From assembly GCF_018350175.1 (NCBI RefSeq), contig NC_058368.1:60576001-60640000 (forward strand): a DNA stretch of 64,000 nt, read 5' to 3'. Positions 13,274-26,189 of the stretch are shown piece after piece; within the stretch, counting starts at the first letter, position 1; every line of letters starts with the position of its first letter. The DNA comes from Felis catus (taxonomy: Eukaryota). The position numbers and the translations under genes are program-made. The notes under the pieces were generated by a model. It made no database searches. It was not told the DNA's origin and worked only from the letters and a program-made list of their open reading frames with translations.

Positions 13274-14101
13274 TAAAAGCTATAAAATAAGGGCAAGGTA
13301 AAATTTTAAAGTCCTAAATAAACAAGAAATATACTGCATTCATCGATTAAAAGACTCAAAATTATTAACATTGTAAGTGTCCACAAAATGAAGCATAGAT
13401 TCAATGCAATCCTAAAATCACAGCACACTTTTTTTTTTGTTGTTTTGTGAATAATGGCAAAATGATTCTAAAACGTAAAGGGAAATGAAAAGTTCTAGGA
13501 AAACCAAAATAATAATGACAAAGGAAAACAAAATAGGAAGAATATCTCTTTCTGACTTAAAGTTTTGCTATTAAGCTACAGTGAACAAGACAGTGTGGTT
13601 TAGTCAAAAGATAGACAAATAAGTCAATAGAATAGAGTAGACAATTAAAAAACAGGCCCACCTACCTATATAATTATCAAATAATTTTTAAGGGTGTTAA
13701 GCAACCCAGTGGAGAAAGAAAATTTTCTTTGACAAATGGTGTTGGAATTGCTGAATATCCATATAAAAAAGAAAGCAAAACAAACCTTGACATTTAACTC
13801 ACACAAAACATGAAAACTAATTCAAATTGAAGACCTAACACCCAATACACAGACATTGAAGTTAAAAGTCAAAACTGTAAGCGTTCTAAAAGAAAACATA
13901 GAATATATTTGTGACTTAAAGAGGCAAATATTTCATTTTTCCATCACAAAAGTTTTAAATTCCTGCTCACCAAACTGCTGTAAAAAAATAATCTGGATAG
14001 TCAGGGACTGGTAAAAAAATATTTTAACACACCTGACAAAGGATTACATCTTGAATATATGAAGAACTCCTACAACTCCTTAACAAAATTAGTAACAACG
14101 T

Positions 14102-14320
14102 GGGGCGCCTGGTTGGCTCAGTCAGTTGAGCATCTGACTTCGGTTCAGGTCATGATCTAAGAGTTTGCAAGTTTGAGCCCCATGTAGGACTCTGTGCTGA
14201 CAGCTTAGACCTGGAGCCTACTTTGGATTCTGTGTCTCTTCTCTGTTTCTCTCTGCGCTTACCTCACTCACACTGTCTCTCCCTTAAAAATAAACATTTA
14301 AAAATTAAAAAAAAAATAAA
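14102..14320 (+). mobile_element. Can-SINE (SINEC_Fc-like)
   Basis: ggggcgcctggttggctcagtc head, A-rich tail, degenerate TSD aaaattagtaacaa / aaaattgctaacaa. Confidence 0.96.
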
Positions 14321-15009
14321 ATTGCTAACAATGCAATATAATTTGCAAATGTCTGAGCTAATAAAATAAAATTGTCCTATTTTGATATAGATGTGGCTTA
14401 CAAAACTGTACATATTTACTAAAACTTATCTGACTTAAAAAATGAAAACTTAAAAAATGAAACTAACTGGACATTTCACAGTTTATTTGGGTATAGGAGT
14501 GCTAGATCCTACCTACCCTCTAAAACCAATCAGAAAAGCCACAAAAAGTCTTCTGGTGTCTTGTGGATGTTTGACTTTTCTGTAGAAAGAGTGAGTACTA
14601 GTATTGCAAAGCAATGAATTTTTAGTAGAGAAGATTATGACATGGCAACTCAGGGTACACCGCTGAATCATTACAAGCATATATGCTTAATATTATTGTT
14701 TGATATAATCATTCAAATGTAATTAGATCACAAAACAGACTCATAGGTAAGAACTAGCTCCATATCACTACTCCACTGAGGTCCTAGAAAAGACAGTGAT
14801 GGCAGTGAAAAAAGAAGTGTGGCAGAAATGTAACTGGTTATTCTCACAGCAAGGGTCCACGTTAACAGAAAAATCCCTAGTGTTCTTTTGAATATCACTC
14901 AAGTTTTCAGACACAGGCTGCCTCACACTGTAACATCCTTTCCTCCAGAGTCACTTTTTATGAAGTGTATTGAATGAGAGTGGACCTGACTTTTATTTAG
15001 TTTGAAATA

Positions 15010-15375
15010 GATCATATATATTCATATCATAGAAATAATGTAAGAATTATAAACTCACAACCCAGGTTCAGAAGGAAAGTTTAAATCGAAGTTCCCTGTG
15101 TATTTCTCCCAATTCGCCTTGTCCCTCCTCCTCCACTGCCACTGTACAAAAGGCAACTATAGTCTGGAATTTGGTATACATCCATTCCATAGAAGTTTTC
15201 ACATTTTGTTTACAGATTTATCAGAAAACAACACACAGTATGTTTTTGGGTGTTTTTAATCCTTGAAATGAATTTTATTATATTGCCTATATGCTTTTGT
15301 AACTTGGTATTTTTCACTCAATATTGTATCAGTGAGATGTCTCCATGTTGATACATGCTACAGCTCACTCCTTCC
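15010..15375 (-). mobile_element. L1ME-type 3'UTR fragment
   Basis: ttttgtaacttggtatttttcactcaatattgtatcagtgagatgtctccatgttgatacatg is typical L1ME antisense. Confidence 0.65.
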
Positions 15376-16019
15376 CTTACCTTATTTTTTTGTGGGTTGG
15401 TGTTTTTTGTTTTTTGTATTTTATTGTTGTTGTTGTTTCCTTTTGGTCCAAAAGTTGATAGGGATAAGCTGGTGAACTTCCATTTTGATCATGTTGCCTT
15501 TTTTCTTTTCTCCTTTAGTGAAATTGAAAGTACCCTGATGAGTATTTCAGGCATTTTCTGGGTGAGAGAACTGACTTTGGCAGGAGTTTGTATGCCACAG
15601 TTGTTTTCCCCTTTCAGAGCTGAGCTGAAGTGTTAATTACTTATTCCAACTGGCAGTCTTGCAAAAATTTCTTTGAAAGCAAGGGCTAAAATTGTGGAGA
15701 TAGTAGCTGTGAAAGAGGAGCATGGCAACCCAAATTTATACCAAACAAGGTGACAAAAATGGATGAAAGCAGTGTCCCTAAAACTGACCCAAAGTTTCCA
15801 ACAGAACAGAAGGAATATATACAGATCCCAAAATGATTGAAGTGAATAAGCTCCTATATACTTCCACCATTATGTCTAAATAGAGAGACGACACGTTTCC
15901 CAGCTCACAGAATGTGAGATATTTTGGGAGATAATGCCAATGTATTTGAAGTGAGTCAAGAATTCTCTGCCTCCATCTGCATGCTTGGGCAGTGTACATT
16001 TTCTGGTATAAATGGAGTG

Positions 16020-16200
16020 ATGATAATAATAATAACCCCATTATTTGAGTGCTTATTCTGTGCCCTGCAGCTTTCAAAAGACTTTATGTATAACAGATTA
16101 ATTCCTCACAGTAATATTATGAAGGAAAAACCATTATTTTTCCCATTTAAAAGTAAAGAACATGGGCACCAAAAGATTCACTAACCAGTTCAAATATATA
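16020..16200 (-). mobile_element. MIR fragment
   Basis: ttatttgagtgcttattctgtgcc...ttaattcctcacagtaatattatgaagg...attatttttcccattt. Confidence 0.7.
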
Positions 16201-16223
16201 AATCTTAAAAAAATGGAGATTTT

Positions 16224-17746
16224 TGTTAGATATTCCTCATTTTGTTCAGTGACTATTGACTGACATCCTGCTCCTTACCATTTCTGTTAACCCCTAGAAA
16301 TTCCACACTGTAGGAATAATTTCATTTATATCCCTTTCCAAACTGGTCAAATATGTGTTCCATAGATGTTCTGAAGGCTGGGCCAAGTGTTCCCGAATAT
16401 ACCAAAAGTGAAAAGAGCTTAGGTTTGATTAGACTTGAATTTGTCTTAAATCTATATCTATAATTTACCAGTTGCAGAACTGACCATCAGTTTTCTCCTC
16501 TTTAGAATGGAATAATAATAGCACTTCATGCATGGTTGTGGTGAATAAAAGAGTTCATGTATACAGAAGTGCACTGGGTGGAGTTCCTAGGATTGGATAC
16601 AAGTCCCGTAACTGAGAACAAAAAGTGTAAAGTGTCCAGTGCTATAAACCTAAGGAACTATACCATCTGTTAGAACTAGCTAAAGTCCCAAGGGCAATCT
16701 CAGAGGTACAATTTCAACAGAAACAGCTCTACCACCATTTCTTTTGCCACCTGGATGAATGAATATAAGTGTAAAAATGGAAGAGGGCCAGTTATGGCCT
16801 TTGAGTTGGGCACGGTTCATAAAAAGAAACCTTCCCTTTTCCTTTCTTTCCCCAAGGGAGAGAAACATCAAGAGAAAGTCTCGGAGATGTCTTACATATT
16901 CTAATGTTTATTCTAATGTTCAGTGGCTACCAGAAATGGACAAAACCATGGGTGAGGCTTGGCGGGTGGGATAATGGAGAGAAGACAAGGACACTCACCA
17001 AAACTCAATTCCAAAGAGTCACAGATACTTGCCATCTCTTGTCCATAAAGTTCAGGTCGGCAGGCCATAAAGAACATAGGTTTGTTAGGGATGAAACCAG
17101 CAGAGGGCAAAAGGGCACTTGCTTAATTTGACATGGCACTTCCACTAGGGACAGCCAGAAATATACTGGAACTGTCAATGGACGAACATTCCCTGCTCAG
17201 ACTAGTCAGAATTCAGCTTTTATCAGCAGGATCTCCTAACTGAAAAAATAGAAAATGAACTAGAAAAGTAATTATGAGTAACCAAGGAGAAGACACCAGA
17301 TTTATAACAGAGAGCCATAAAAGGGGATGACATTTGTTTCCCCCTAATAGATTCACCCTCAGAACCTGAATGGCAAGCACGGGAAGATGAGGGGGCAGAT
17401 GAAAGAGCAGATTTGGGCTCCCATTAAACTCCAGGCTGCTCGGGCCATTAGTTTAGCTTGCACTGGTAGGGGATTGGATCTGAGAGAGGAAAACTTTGAA
17501 CAAGATGTGAAATTGAAAATATGAAGCAAAAAAGGTGAAGTTGTGAGGTCTAAAAATATGTTTCAATAACTCTAAGTATCTAAATTATATAGAATTGGAC
17601 TGCTATGCCATTACCATTAAGGAAGTTAGGTCCGCATAGTAAAGGTGGGAGTATTGATAGAACATTTCTGGTAGCCATTACTGGAGAAATAACATAACTG
17701 AGTCTTTAAACACCTGCAAGTTATAATTGCATATTTTATCAATACA
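16224..17746 (+). mobile_element. Ancient long LTR (LTR78/LTR79-like) containing a MIR fragment (~16410-16575)
   Basis: Starts tgttagatattcctcattttgttcagtgactattgact (LTR78/79-type 5' end) and ends ...aataca; family assignment from memory. Confidence 0.5.
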
Positions 17747-18468
17747 GCAATTATTAAGCTATTGCCCCTCTCTTCCAATCCAGCCTTCTATTCTCCATGT
17801 TGCATTACTGCAACAGTGACTACAGAAACCGCAGTTCCCATTCATTACTCCTTGTGGTGTTCTACCAAAAGGGGAAAATAGACTGAGAGATTGAAGAGGG
17901 AAGAAACACCCCTTCCTGTTTGTTTGCCATACCTGTCAGCACCGCCTAGGCACTATATCCTCACCTTTTCATTAATTCTAATTTCTAGCGTTCATGGCAT
18001 TCTCAGCCCATGCTGGACAATGCTATCCCCTCAGATCCCCAGAACACCTCCTCCCCACTTCTAGGTTCTGATACACCCACCTCTTTGCTTTCTTCTCCCA
18101 ATCTCTAGGGCGCTATTTGCTTCTTAAAGTTACCGTGTTAACTCAGTGTTCTCATTTTGTTTTCTATGACCAGTTTAAACATTTTCTCACAATAATCTGT
18201 CTCTTAAAATAACTAGTGTTTCAAATGTTTTCTTTCTTTTTTCTTATGTTTATTTAATTTAAGAGAGAGAGACAAAGACAGAGAGAGACAGAGAGCGAGC
18301 AAGTGAGCAGGGAAGGGGCAGAAGTTCCCTGCTGCCAGCACAGAGCCTGATGTGGGCCTCAAACCCACGAACCTCATGACCTCAGCTGAAACCAAGAGTT
18401 GGATGCTAAACCAAATGAGCCACCCAGGTGCTCCTCAAACGTTTTCTTGACTGGACTGTGGTTGATAG
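17747..18468 (+). mobile_element. ERVL solo LTR (LTR33-like), interrupted by a SINE
   Basis: ctcttccaatccagccttctattctcc 5' motif; 3' end aaataactagtgtttc[SINE]gttttcttgactggactgtggttgata. Confidence 0.65.
18234..18434 (-). mobile_element. Can-SINE
   Basis: TSD tcaaa(t/c)gttttct at 18221-18233 / 18435-18447. Confidence 0.93.
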
Positions 18469-18739
18469 AATGGTATATATTATCATTCACTATATACAAG
18501 ATATACTAGTTACAGACTTAATATGTAATAGATAGTCAGTTAATAGCAGTTCCTGCCCCTAGTGAGAGGCGGAAATAGAAGCTGGAATTCTACTGTGCTT
18601 TTCTCTCCTCAGGAGTACTTATTTGACTATTAATAGAAGCATTGTTTTTATAATAGGGCCATGAAGACTTTCACCAAAGAAAGACCCTGGTTGTGATAGT
18701 GAATATATATATACTCACTATTTATCACTATCATTTCTA

Positions 18740-19198
18740 CAGTTGCACCCCCTTAACCACATGGAATATGTTCCAAGACTCCCATCGGATGCCTGAAAAT
18801 GTAAGTAGTACTGAATCCTATATATACTATGCTTTTCCCTACACATACCTACCTATGATAAAGGTTAATTTATAAATTAGGCACAGCAGGAGATGAATAA
18901 TGATAACTAACAATAAAATAGAACAATTACAGCAATACTCTTTAATACAAGTTATATGAACGTGGTCTCTTTCTCTAAATACCTTACAGTACTTTACTCA
19001 TACTTCTCTCTGTGATGATATATGATGATAAGATGCTGTGTGGTGAGATAAAGTGAGGTGAATGATGTAGGCACTGTGACATAGGGTTCGGCTGATATTG
19101 ACCTCTGACATTGTGTCAGAAGGGTGATCAGGCATTGCAGCTGACCGCAGGCAGCTGAAACCTCAGAAAGTGAAACCGTGGATAAGGTAGGGCTTCTA
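18740..19198 (+). mobile_element. MER44-type (Tigger7-derived) non-autonomous DNA transposon
   Basis: Degenerate TIRs cagttgcacccccttaaccac / gtggataaggtagggcttcta, TA before the left end, internal gttccaagactcccatcggatgcctgaaa...aatttataaattaggcacag. Confidence 0.88.
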
Positions 19199-19215
19199 TT
19201 TATCACTCTTTCTTT

Positions 19216-19234
19216 TTTTTTTAATTTTTTTTTC

Positions 19235-19266
<32 letters not shown>

Positions 19267-19451
19267 GGGACAGAGAGAGACAGAGCATGAACGGGGGAGG
19301 GGCAGAGAGAGAGGGAGACACAGAATCCGAAACAGGCTCCAGGCTCCGAGCCATCAGCCCAGAGCCTGACGCGGGGCTCGAACTCACGGACCGCGAGATC
19401 GTGACCTGGCTGAAGTCGGACGCTTAACCGACTGCGCCACCCAGGTGCCCC
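19216..19451 (-). mobile_element. Very young felid SINEC_Fc
   Basis: CpG-rich and near consensus; perfect 15-bp TSD tatcactctttcttt (19201-19215 / 19452-19466); long T tract. Confidence 0.98.
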
Positions 19452-20664
19452 TATCACTCTTTCTTTGTGTATGCATATACATGTACATATATGTATACAA
19501 AATATAGAAAAATATATAACATATAATGTATAAATATATAAAATATACAACAATATATCTCATATGTGTGTGAGAAAGAGCAAAGATAAGAGGGGACCAT
19601 TACATTAAATGATGGTAACAGTATTTTCAAGTTTGAGATTTATATAGTGAGTTTGCTTAGATAAATGGTGTTCCAAATCTGTATGTATATAATTTGACGA
19701 TCAGGGATTTAAAAATTCCTCACATTTTAAAATCTTGTATCTGGCAACTGCAGCAATCTAAATTTCTGTGCACAAAATGTTGCTACCTAGGTCACTCCAT
19801 AAAGGTCTTCAAGTTTAATCAACAGATAATTAAGGAATGCATTTTATAATCTTGTCTCTGAGCTTTGTCCTTTTCCTGCCACAATTGGGTCATTGAGGAC
19901 CATGGCTGCAACTGTATAAAACTATATAAAATCTTTCTAGTTTTGGAATGTGAATTTTCAGATGTTATATTTTTATCTTCAACAGTTTTATTTAGATTTT
20001 AGTTCCTGCCTTAATTTATTTTCTATTTTAACTTATCATGATCATTCTTTTTATTCTGATGGTTCCACATTTCTGGGGGAACAGCTTAGACATCTCATGA
20101 GAATGACAAGCACTCTAGTTGGCCAGCAGGGTTGAAACCGCATTCTGTGGTAAGGAGACAGATGCTACCTGTGTCACCTCAATGAATTTGAAGCCCTCTG
20201 TAATCTCTGCGCATTTCAAATTTTTGTACCTGAGCCTCCTGGGTTACAATTAGTTTTTAACAACGTACTTTGAGCTTCTAGCAATCTCTGATCACTCATA
20301 AATTAACTATTCACCTAGAACTACATAAAAATTAAGCATACTTTTCTTTCACCACCCATAACATCCAAGTAACAAAGTTTTTGATTCCCCATCATCCTGA
20401 GGCCTTTCACAATAGAAAAAGATATTTACTTAACTCATTCCAGAAGACCATTTGGAAAAAAAGTGTCAATGAATGAAAGTAAACAGAAAAAAGGAAACAA
20501 TAAAGAGAGGTTGAAGAACCGTACAACAGAAGGCCATTTGCAATCGTGTCAGTACAAACAAAGTAAGACCTATTTTCTAACCTCTCCACACCTCGGGACT
20601 ACCATATAGTAAGAGAGAGTGAATCTATGTGGAATAAATGTACAAGTCTTATTTTAATTGGCTA

Positions 20665-21430
20665 TTCATTAATTGATTGTGTATTTATTAAGTATCTAAT
20701 TTATGACAGGAAAATAAGCAAAGAAGGAGAAAAAATCAATAACAACACTAACAATACAACAACAATAAAAACACCAACTAAAACACACTGCCTTCACAGT
20801 CCTTATATACTAATACGGTGATTCATACAATATCGACTAAGTAAATACAATAGATAGTTTATCAAAGAGTAATGGGTGGCATGGAAACAAACAGGCGTTT
20901 GTGTGTTTGTGTGTGGTGTGTTACTTTTAAAAGGGGTCAGAAATACCTCACAGAGAAGAATCTTTGAGTGAGCATCTTAAGGAGATGAAAAAAAAAATGC
21001 GTCTTGTAATTAAAAGGAAGGAAGGGGAGCCTGGGTGGCTCAGTCAGTTAAGCATCTGACTTTGGCTCAGGTTATGATCTCGTGGTTCTTGAGTTCAGGC
21101 CCCACGTTAGTCTCTGTGCTGACAGCTCAAGCCTGGAGCCTGCTTCGGTTTCTGCGTCTCTCTCTCTGCCCCTCTCCCACTCATGCTCTGCCTCTGTCTC
21201 TCAAAAATGAATAAATGTTTAAAAAAATAATGAAACAAAAGTGAAGGAAAGGACAAGTGCCAAGGCCTTGAGGCCTCAGTGTGCCAGAAGTCCTAAAGAA
21301 TAAGAAGCTTTGTACATCTAGGGTGGAGTGAGTTAGATACACAGGACTGCATGTGAAATGGGGTGTTCAAGTTGCAGAGATAAAATTTGGTATCATCAGA
21401 CTATAGATGGTATTTAATAGACAGACTCTT
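20665..21430 (-). mobile_element. L2 3' region, interrupted by a SINE
   Basis: attcattaattgattgtgtatttattaagtatcta (L2 tail, antisense); gacaagtgccaaggccttgagg motif. Confidence 0.6.
21024..21236 (+). mobile_element. Can-SINE (SINEC_Fc-like)
   Basis: ggggagcctgggtggctcagtcagttaagc head and aataaa tail. Confidence 0.96.
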
Positions 21431-22024
21431 ACAGGAAGTGAGTCTAATGTGGATTGTTCTGCTGCTGGGTCAAGTCTCTGTTCCAAGATTTTATTATTGT
21501 TTTTTTTTTTTAAACGGGAACAATAGCCCTAATAGCAAAGACAACAAAGAAGAAGAAACAACATTTGAAGTATATTATTATTTGTCATATTATAAATGTT
21601 CTCCCTTGAAAAGATATTCTAGATCTGCTCTCTGTTGTGTTTTCCTGTGGCTAAAATGTTTAAAGAACAATTGTGACAACCTGGTTAGGAAACAATTGTG
21701 TGCTCTTTTAATTTGATGTGTAAAATTAAAATTGTTTTGAAAGTGAAATTACATTTTTATTTTGAAATTTATGGGAATGAAAAGGCAGAACTTTCCTTTC
21801 TAACAATGATAAAATAATTTTAAAACAAATATGTCATCTCACACAATGACATAACTGTGGAATGCGACATAAGGTTAATTCTTATGTAACCTCATTAGGC
21901 ATGTTATGTTTCAGAAATATAAGAAAGTCTGATTGTAGCTCAGCATTATTTGTCATAAAATTTTATTGCCTAAGGGAGATGACAATAAAGTTAGTCTGCA
22001 ATGATTTTATTTAGCCAAGATTTG

Positions 22025-22370
22025 TACTACATACTACATGTATTATATTCTAAGCATGTTAAAAATAAACGGGTGATGGGCATCACGGAGGGCACTTGTT
22101 GGGATGAGCACTGGGTGTTATATGTAAGAGATGAATCACTGGGTTCCTGAAGCCAATACTACACTGTATGTTAGCTAGCTTGAATTTAAATAAATAAAAT
22201 TTTAAAATATTAACACATTTAGCTTTCCTTACACTTGTCTATGGTAGGAACTTTATTATCACTACTTTATAGATTTTTACAAATGGAGATACAGAGAGGT
22301 TAAGTGTGCTCAGAGACACATATCTAGTAAACGGTGGAGCCAGTATTTGAACCCAGACAGACTGGGGACA
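22025..22370 (-). mobile_element. MIR, interrupted by a short L1 3' end
   Basis: MIR core tttacaaatggagatacagagaggttaagt...ggtggagccagtatttgaacccagacagact. Confidence 0.75.
22071..22205 (+). mobile_element. 5'-truncated carnivore/felid L1 3' end
   Basis: gggtgatgggcatcacggagggcacttgttgggatgagcactgggtgttatatgtaag...ctacactgtatgttagctagcttgaatttaaataaa is the carnivore L1 3' terminus. Confidence 0.9.
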
Positions 22371-22868
22371 TATCCCTGCATGTCATCTGTATGAAAATGT
22401 TATTCTAATTAATCATTGACCCTTTTCGTTATATCCTATGTATATGTTAACAACTGGATATACATGTCAAGGATTGAAGAAAAGAGATTTGTATTTTAAC
22501 TTGGGTAGGCTTTTGCTGCAATAGATCCCTTGAAGTACAAGACAGTGACTACATTGCTTCAACTTCTTTGTAGTGATGCCTTACTTCACGCAATCATCAT
22601 TTTAAATTCTCACATGTACTCACTCTTACTCACTTTCTCTATTCATTCCCCTATCAGCCAGGAGACTAAGGAACATAGAATTCGTGTAGCTGTGGTTATC
22701 TATGCTGTCACCATTCACCTTTCAGAAGGATTACCAAAACTCCAAAATGAAAGGAAATTAACAAATCTATTAATCCAATTCCCTATCCTTTCATGGGAAG
22801 AAACTGAAGCAGAAAGTAATCCAAATCCATTCAGAGAATACCTGCATCAGTGAGGACTTAATCTAGAA

Positions 22869-23061
22869 CAGCACTGGCAAACTTATTCCATAAAGGACCA
22901 GAGAGTAAATAGACTGTGCTTTGCAAGCCGCATGCAATCTGTCATATATTCTTGTTTATTTTACAGCCTTTTAAATGGTACAAAATCTTCTTGGCTCTCA
23001 AAGCCATACAAAATCAGACTGCAATCTTGATTTGCCCACTGGTTATAGTTGGCACAATCTG
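22869..23061 (+). mobile_element. MER58-type hAT-Charlie MITE
   Basis: cagcactggcaaactt...aaggaccagagagtaaata...tatagttggcacaatctg with 8-bp flanks atctagaa / atgtagat. Confidence 0.8.
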
Positions 23062-23129
23062 ATGTAGATGGCACTTTAAAAACACTGCCTAATTCTAATT
23101 TTCTGTTTTGATTATGAATCTATTCTTTA

Positions 23130-23890
23130 TTTCCTTCCTTCACCTCTCTATAATATTTATTAAGTGCACACTACTTGCTGGACCCAATGTCCAATATTGA
23201 GGTGTGCCAGGCAGACCAAAGCTCTATACTTGTTTGCCTTGTTATAGGACAGAAAATTGTTTGCCTTGTTATAGGACAGAAAATAAGCACATTTAAAAGT
23301 AAACAGAAAAAATATAAATTCAAATATTAATAAGTGCAGTGAAGGCAATAAAGCAAGGCACTAAAATAGTTTGAACATTGAAGGTACAGCATGCTTTATC
23401 CTGGGTGGTTATGGAAATTCTTTCTGAGAAGATGCATTTCAGAGATTTGAATGAACACATCAGCAAGATAAGAAGAATGCTAATACACAGGACTGTTGAT
23501 ATTAGATGAATAGTCTAATACCAGATGCTGGCCCTTAGGTACATCTGAAAGCTTGGTCCACTTTCTGGAGCAGCCAGGCTCATGAAAGCTGTCAATGTAA
23601 AATTTTTGAACTTGTAGTAGGTGAAAGAGCCCAGTCAACAAAGAACCTGGATCAGAGTTGAAAGTGTCCAAGAAATAGGCAGGGAGTGAACCAATACTTC
23701 TGGACCACGGTTATTGAGAAGGGTGGTGAAGGGAGGTGAGAATGACTCTTATAATGGGCTTTGCAATTTATGTTCATTGCAATGGTAAATTACTGCAGGA
23801 TTAAAACAAGGGAGGAATGCCATCAGATTCATTCTTTAAGAAAAATGTCACTCTGGAGAATGCAAGGGTGCAGAGTAGAATTAGAAAATG
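23130..23890 (-). mobile_element. L2 3' fragment(s)
   Basis: ttccttccttc...atatttattaagtgcacactac tail; cagattcattctttaagaaaaatgtcactctgg motif. Confidence 0.5.
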
Positions 23891-24827
23891 TAGATGTTAT
23901 TCCCAAAAAAGAAAAAAAAATCAGGCAAAGTCACCAAAAATGCTCTATGATGCATAGTTTATTTTCAGAAGATCTAAGCACAGATTTATTTTAACTGTTA
24001 CTATTTATTACACATTCCAGAATTTCAGGCTTCTCTTTCAAAAATAAAAAAAAACAACCTCTATCCATTATTTTCTCAGCATAAAGGAGAATAAAATGAA
24101 GAGCACTTCTGTGGTGTAAATATGAGAAATACAACAACAATAGGTGTCTTAATTTTAACCATTCGTGTTTTCCACAATACTAGAAATCGGCAGATTCCAG
24201 AAACTCAGGTGCCACATCAAGTTGTATTGATTTTCTCTGGGTAATTAATTTGTGTTCTTCTATAAAGAACTATTTAAAGATATTTTTACTTAAAATTGAA
24301 AAAGCATAACAATAGGTAAAAGAACACTTGATGTGCACCAATGGCTCTCCTTCCTTTGAATCTATTGATTTCTAGTATAATCATTAATATAATTGATGAA
24401 TTTTGTACAAAAGGAAAATGGGGTTCTGCTTGCTTGTCTGTCCAAATTATGCCTACTTATTAAAAGAAAATTAAGAGGAAACAAATTAAGAAAGAAAAAG
24501 AAAACAGGGAAAAGAAGGTAATAAAATATGAACAGTATCAATCAATTTCTGACAAAGACAATCATTTAAATTGCTATTTTGGTGGGGCATGTTTGCTTGA
24601 TGCAAAAATAGAAGCCAAGTTTTACATATTCTCAAGGAAAATGAGTTTAGTTAACTGATAAAAATTGCTTTTATACCTGTTACTCTTCTAGGGCTGCCCT
24701 GTTTAGTAAACAACTAAATAGTGTAACTTCTTCTGTCCCCTTTCTGACACCCCCACCTCAGTACTTTAATATTTCTCTGCACAGTAGCTACTAGCAAGAG
24801 TGATCTGTTCAAAAATCCAAAAATAGG

Positions 24828-24866
<39 letters not shown>

Positions 24867-24867
24867 A
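24828..24867 (+). repeat. (TAAA)n tetranucleotide microsatellite
   Basis: About 10 units seen directly. Confidence 0.95.
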
Positions 24868-25059
24868 GCAGGCTTAAAATTCTTCTCTATAGTTATCAAA
24901 ATGCTGCATTGTTCAAATTCCATGCTATGGGCTACAATTCTCCAAATGAGCTCACTACCTCCACCTGTCAACCCCCTGCCCCCTACTTCTATATCACACC
25001 ATTTTCTCATTCCTGAAGCTCATGGAGAACCTCATAAGCACTTTGGTTAAGGCTCTTTT

Positions 25060-25266
25060 TACTTTCTATTGCAGCATCTATTTTTATTTCTTCCACAGTC
25101 TTTATTTTGATCTGTGATTATCTTGCTTCTGAATATTGGCTTATGTAGTTTCCTTCTCTCCCTGATTGCATTAAGTTCCTTTAGGGGGAGAGAACATGTC
25201 TATTTATCCTTTTTAACCAATGGTTTAGAGTAGATATGGGGTAAATTCTTATCAAATGGATGGATA
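25060..25266 (+). mobile_element. L2 3' end fragment
   Basis: taagttcctttagggggagagaacatgtctatttatc...aaatggatggat. Confidence 0.55.
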
Positions 25267-25634
25267 ACTAAACTTATGAGCTTGAGAACACAATATTCTT
25301 TTGGAAAATAATACAACAAGATATCCCTGCTTCTCTGTGTTAGAAATATCAATTTACATATTGTTTTGTTTGTTCATACTTCTGGGCAAAAAGGCCATGG
25401 GAAGAACATATCTGATTTCTCTGCCAATTGTCACCTCCCTCATATCCATTGACATTACACATAATATGAAAAGACAAATACAAAAAGCTTTATGGTATAA
25501 AAGTGTCATCTGTCTCCATGTCAATAAGTGAGAAATTCCTCTTATATTCTGCACCAATGAAAGTCCTGGTGTGTTGCTTCTCAAGAAAAATATACAGCAT
25601 TGCCAGCAAGTGAGTTTGGAAGAACCCACAGAAA

Positions 25635-25863
25635 GGGTGCCTGGGTGGCTCAGTCGGTTAGGCATTCGACTTCGGCCCAGGTCATGATCTCATTTCTGCC
25701 CCGGTCATGATCTCATGGTTTATGGGTTCAAGCCCCATGTCAGCCTCTCTGCTGACAGCTCAGAGCCTGGAGCCTCTTTTGGATTCTGTGTCTTCCTCTC
25801 TCTCCACTCCTCTCCCACTGATGATCTGTCTCTCAAAAATAAATAAATATTAAAATGTTTTTT
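25635..25863 (+). mobile_element. Can-SINE with internal 23-nt tandem duplication
   Basis: SINEC_Fc-like; TSD gaagaaccca on both sides. Confidence 0.95.
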
Positions 25864-26189
25864 GAAGAACCCAGACAGGTAACACTGGCATAAATCAATT
25901 TATAGGGCTAAAGTCAAAGGGAGAGGTAGATAGTAAAGACTAGGAGAAGAGCTGTATTTGAGTTACCTAATAGTAGTTTCTAAAATCAGAAGTATTAGGC
26001 AAAAGCCCTGGACAATCTCTGGGGTCATATATAGTGGGTATACTCACCAAAATCCTGGTGTGATAAAGAGCTTAACCCTAAAATGAACCAGACAGGGATG
26101 TGATCTTGAACTTGCCAATAGAAAGAAAAAAAAAACACAGGATACAAGAAAACATTTACTTCTTTCTGATAGTACATATAATAATGGTA

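Larger units (their letters stand above)
12750..14460 (+). mobile_element. Old L1 (L1MC/ME-type) ORF2 RT-to-3' fragment with two SINE insertions
   Basis: ORF 12673 NIKFSLFSDDTIIQSGNPK is a decayed EVKLSLFADDMIVYLENP; downstream catagattcaatgcaatcc and gacaaatggtgttggaattgctgaatatcc are L1 motifs. Confidence 0.85.

Noticed and set aside
15700..15960. Possible hAT-Blackjack remnant
   Set aside because: Only short TIR-like words (catggcaaccc, aggtgaca); too degenerate to call without a profile search
19216..19451. tRNA gene (A/B boxes tggcgcagtcgg / gttcgagccc)
   Set aside because: These are tRNA-derived SINE heads followed by (CT)n and poly-A with TSDs, not cloverleaf tRNA genes; the same applies to all SINE copies
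24184..24240. 57-nt plus-strand exon candidate (tag|AAATCGG...CTGG|gtaatt)
   Set aside because: Weak donor and acceptor, unrecognised peptide; expected by chance in 64 kb
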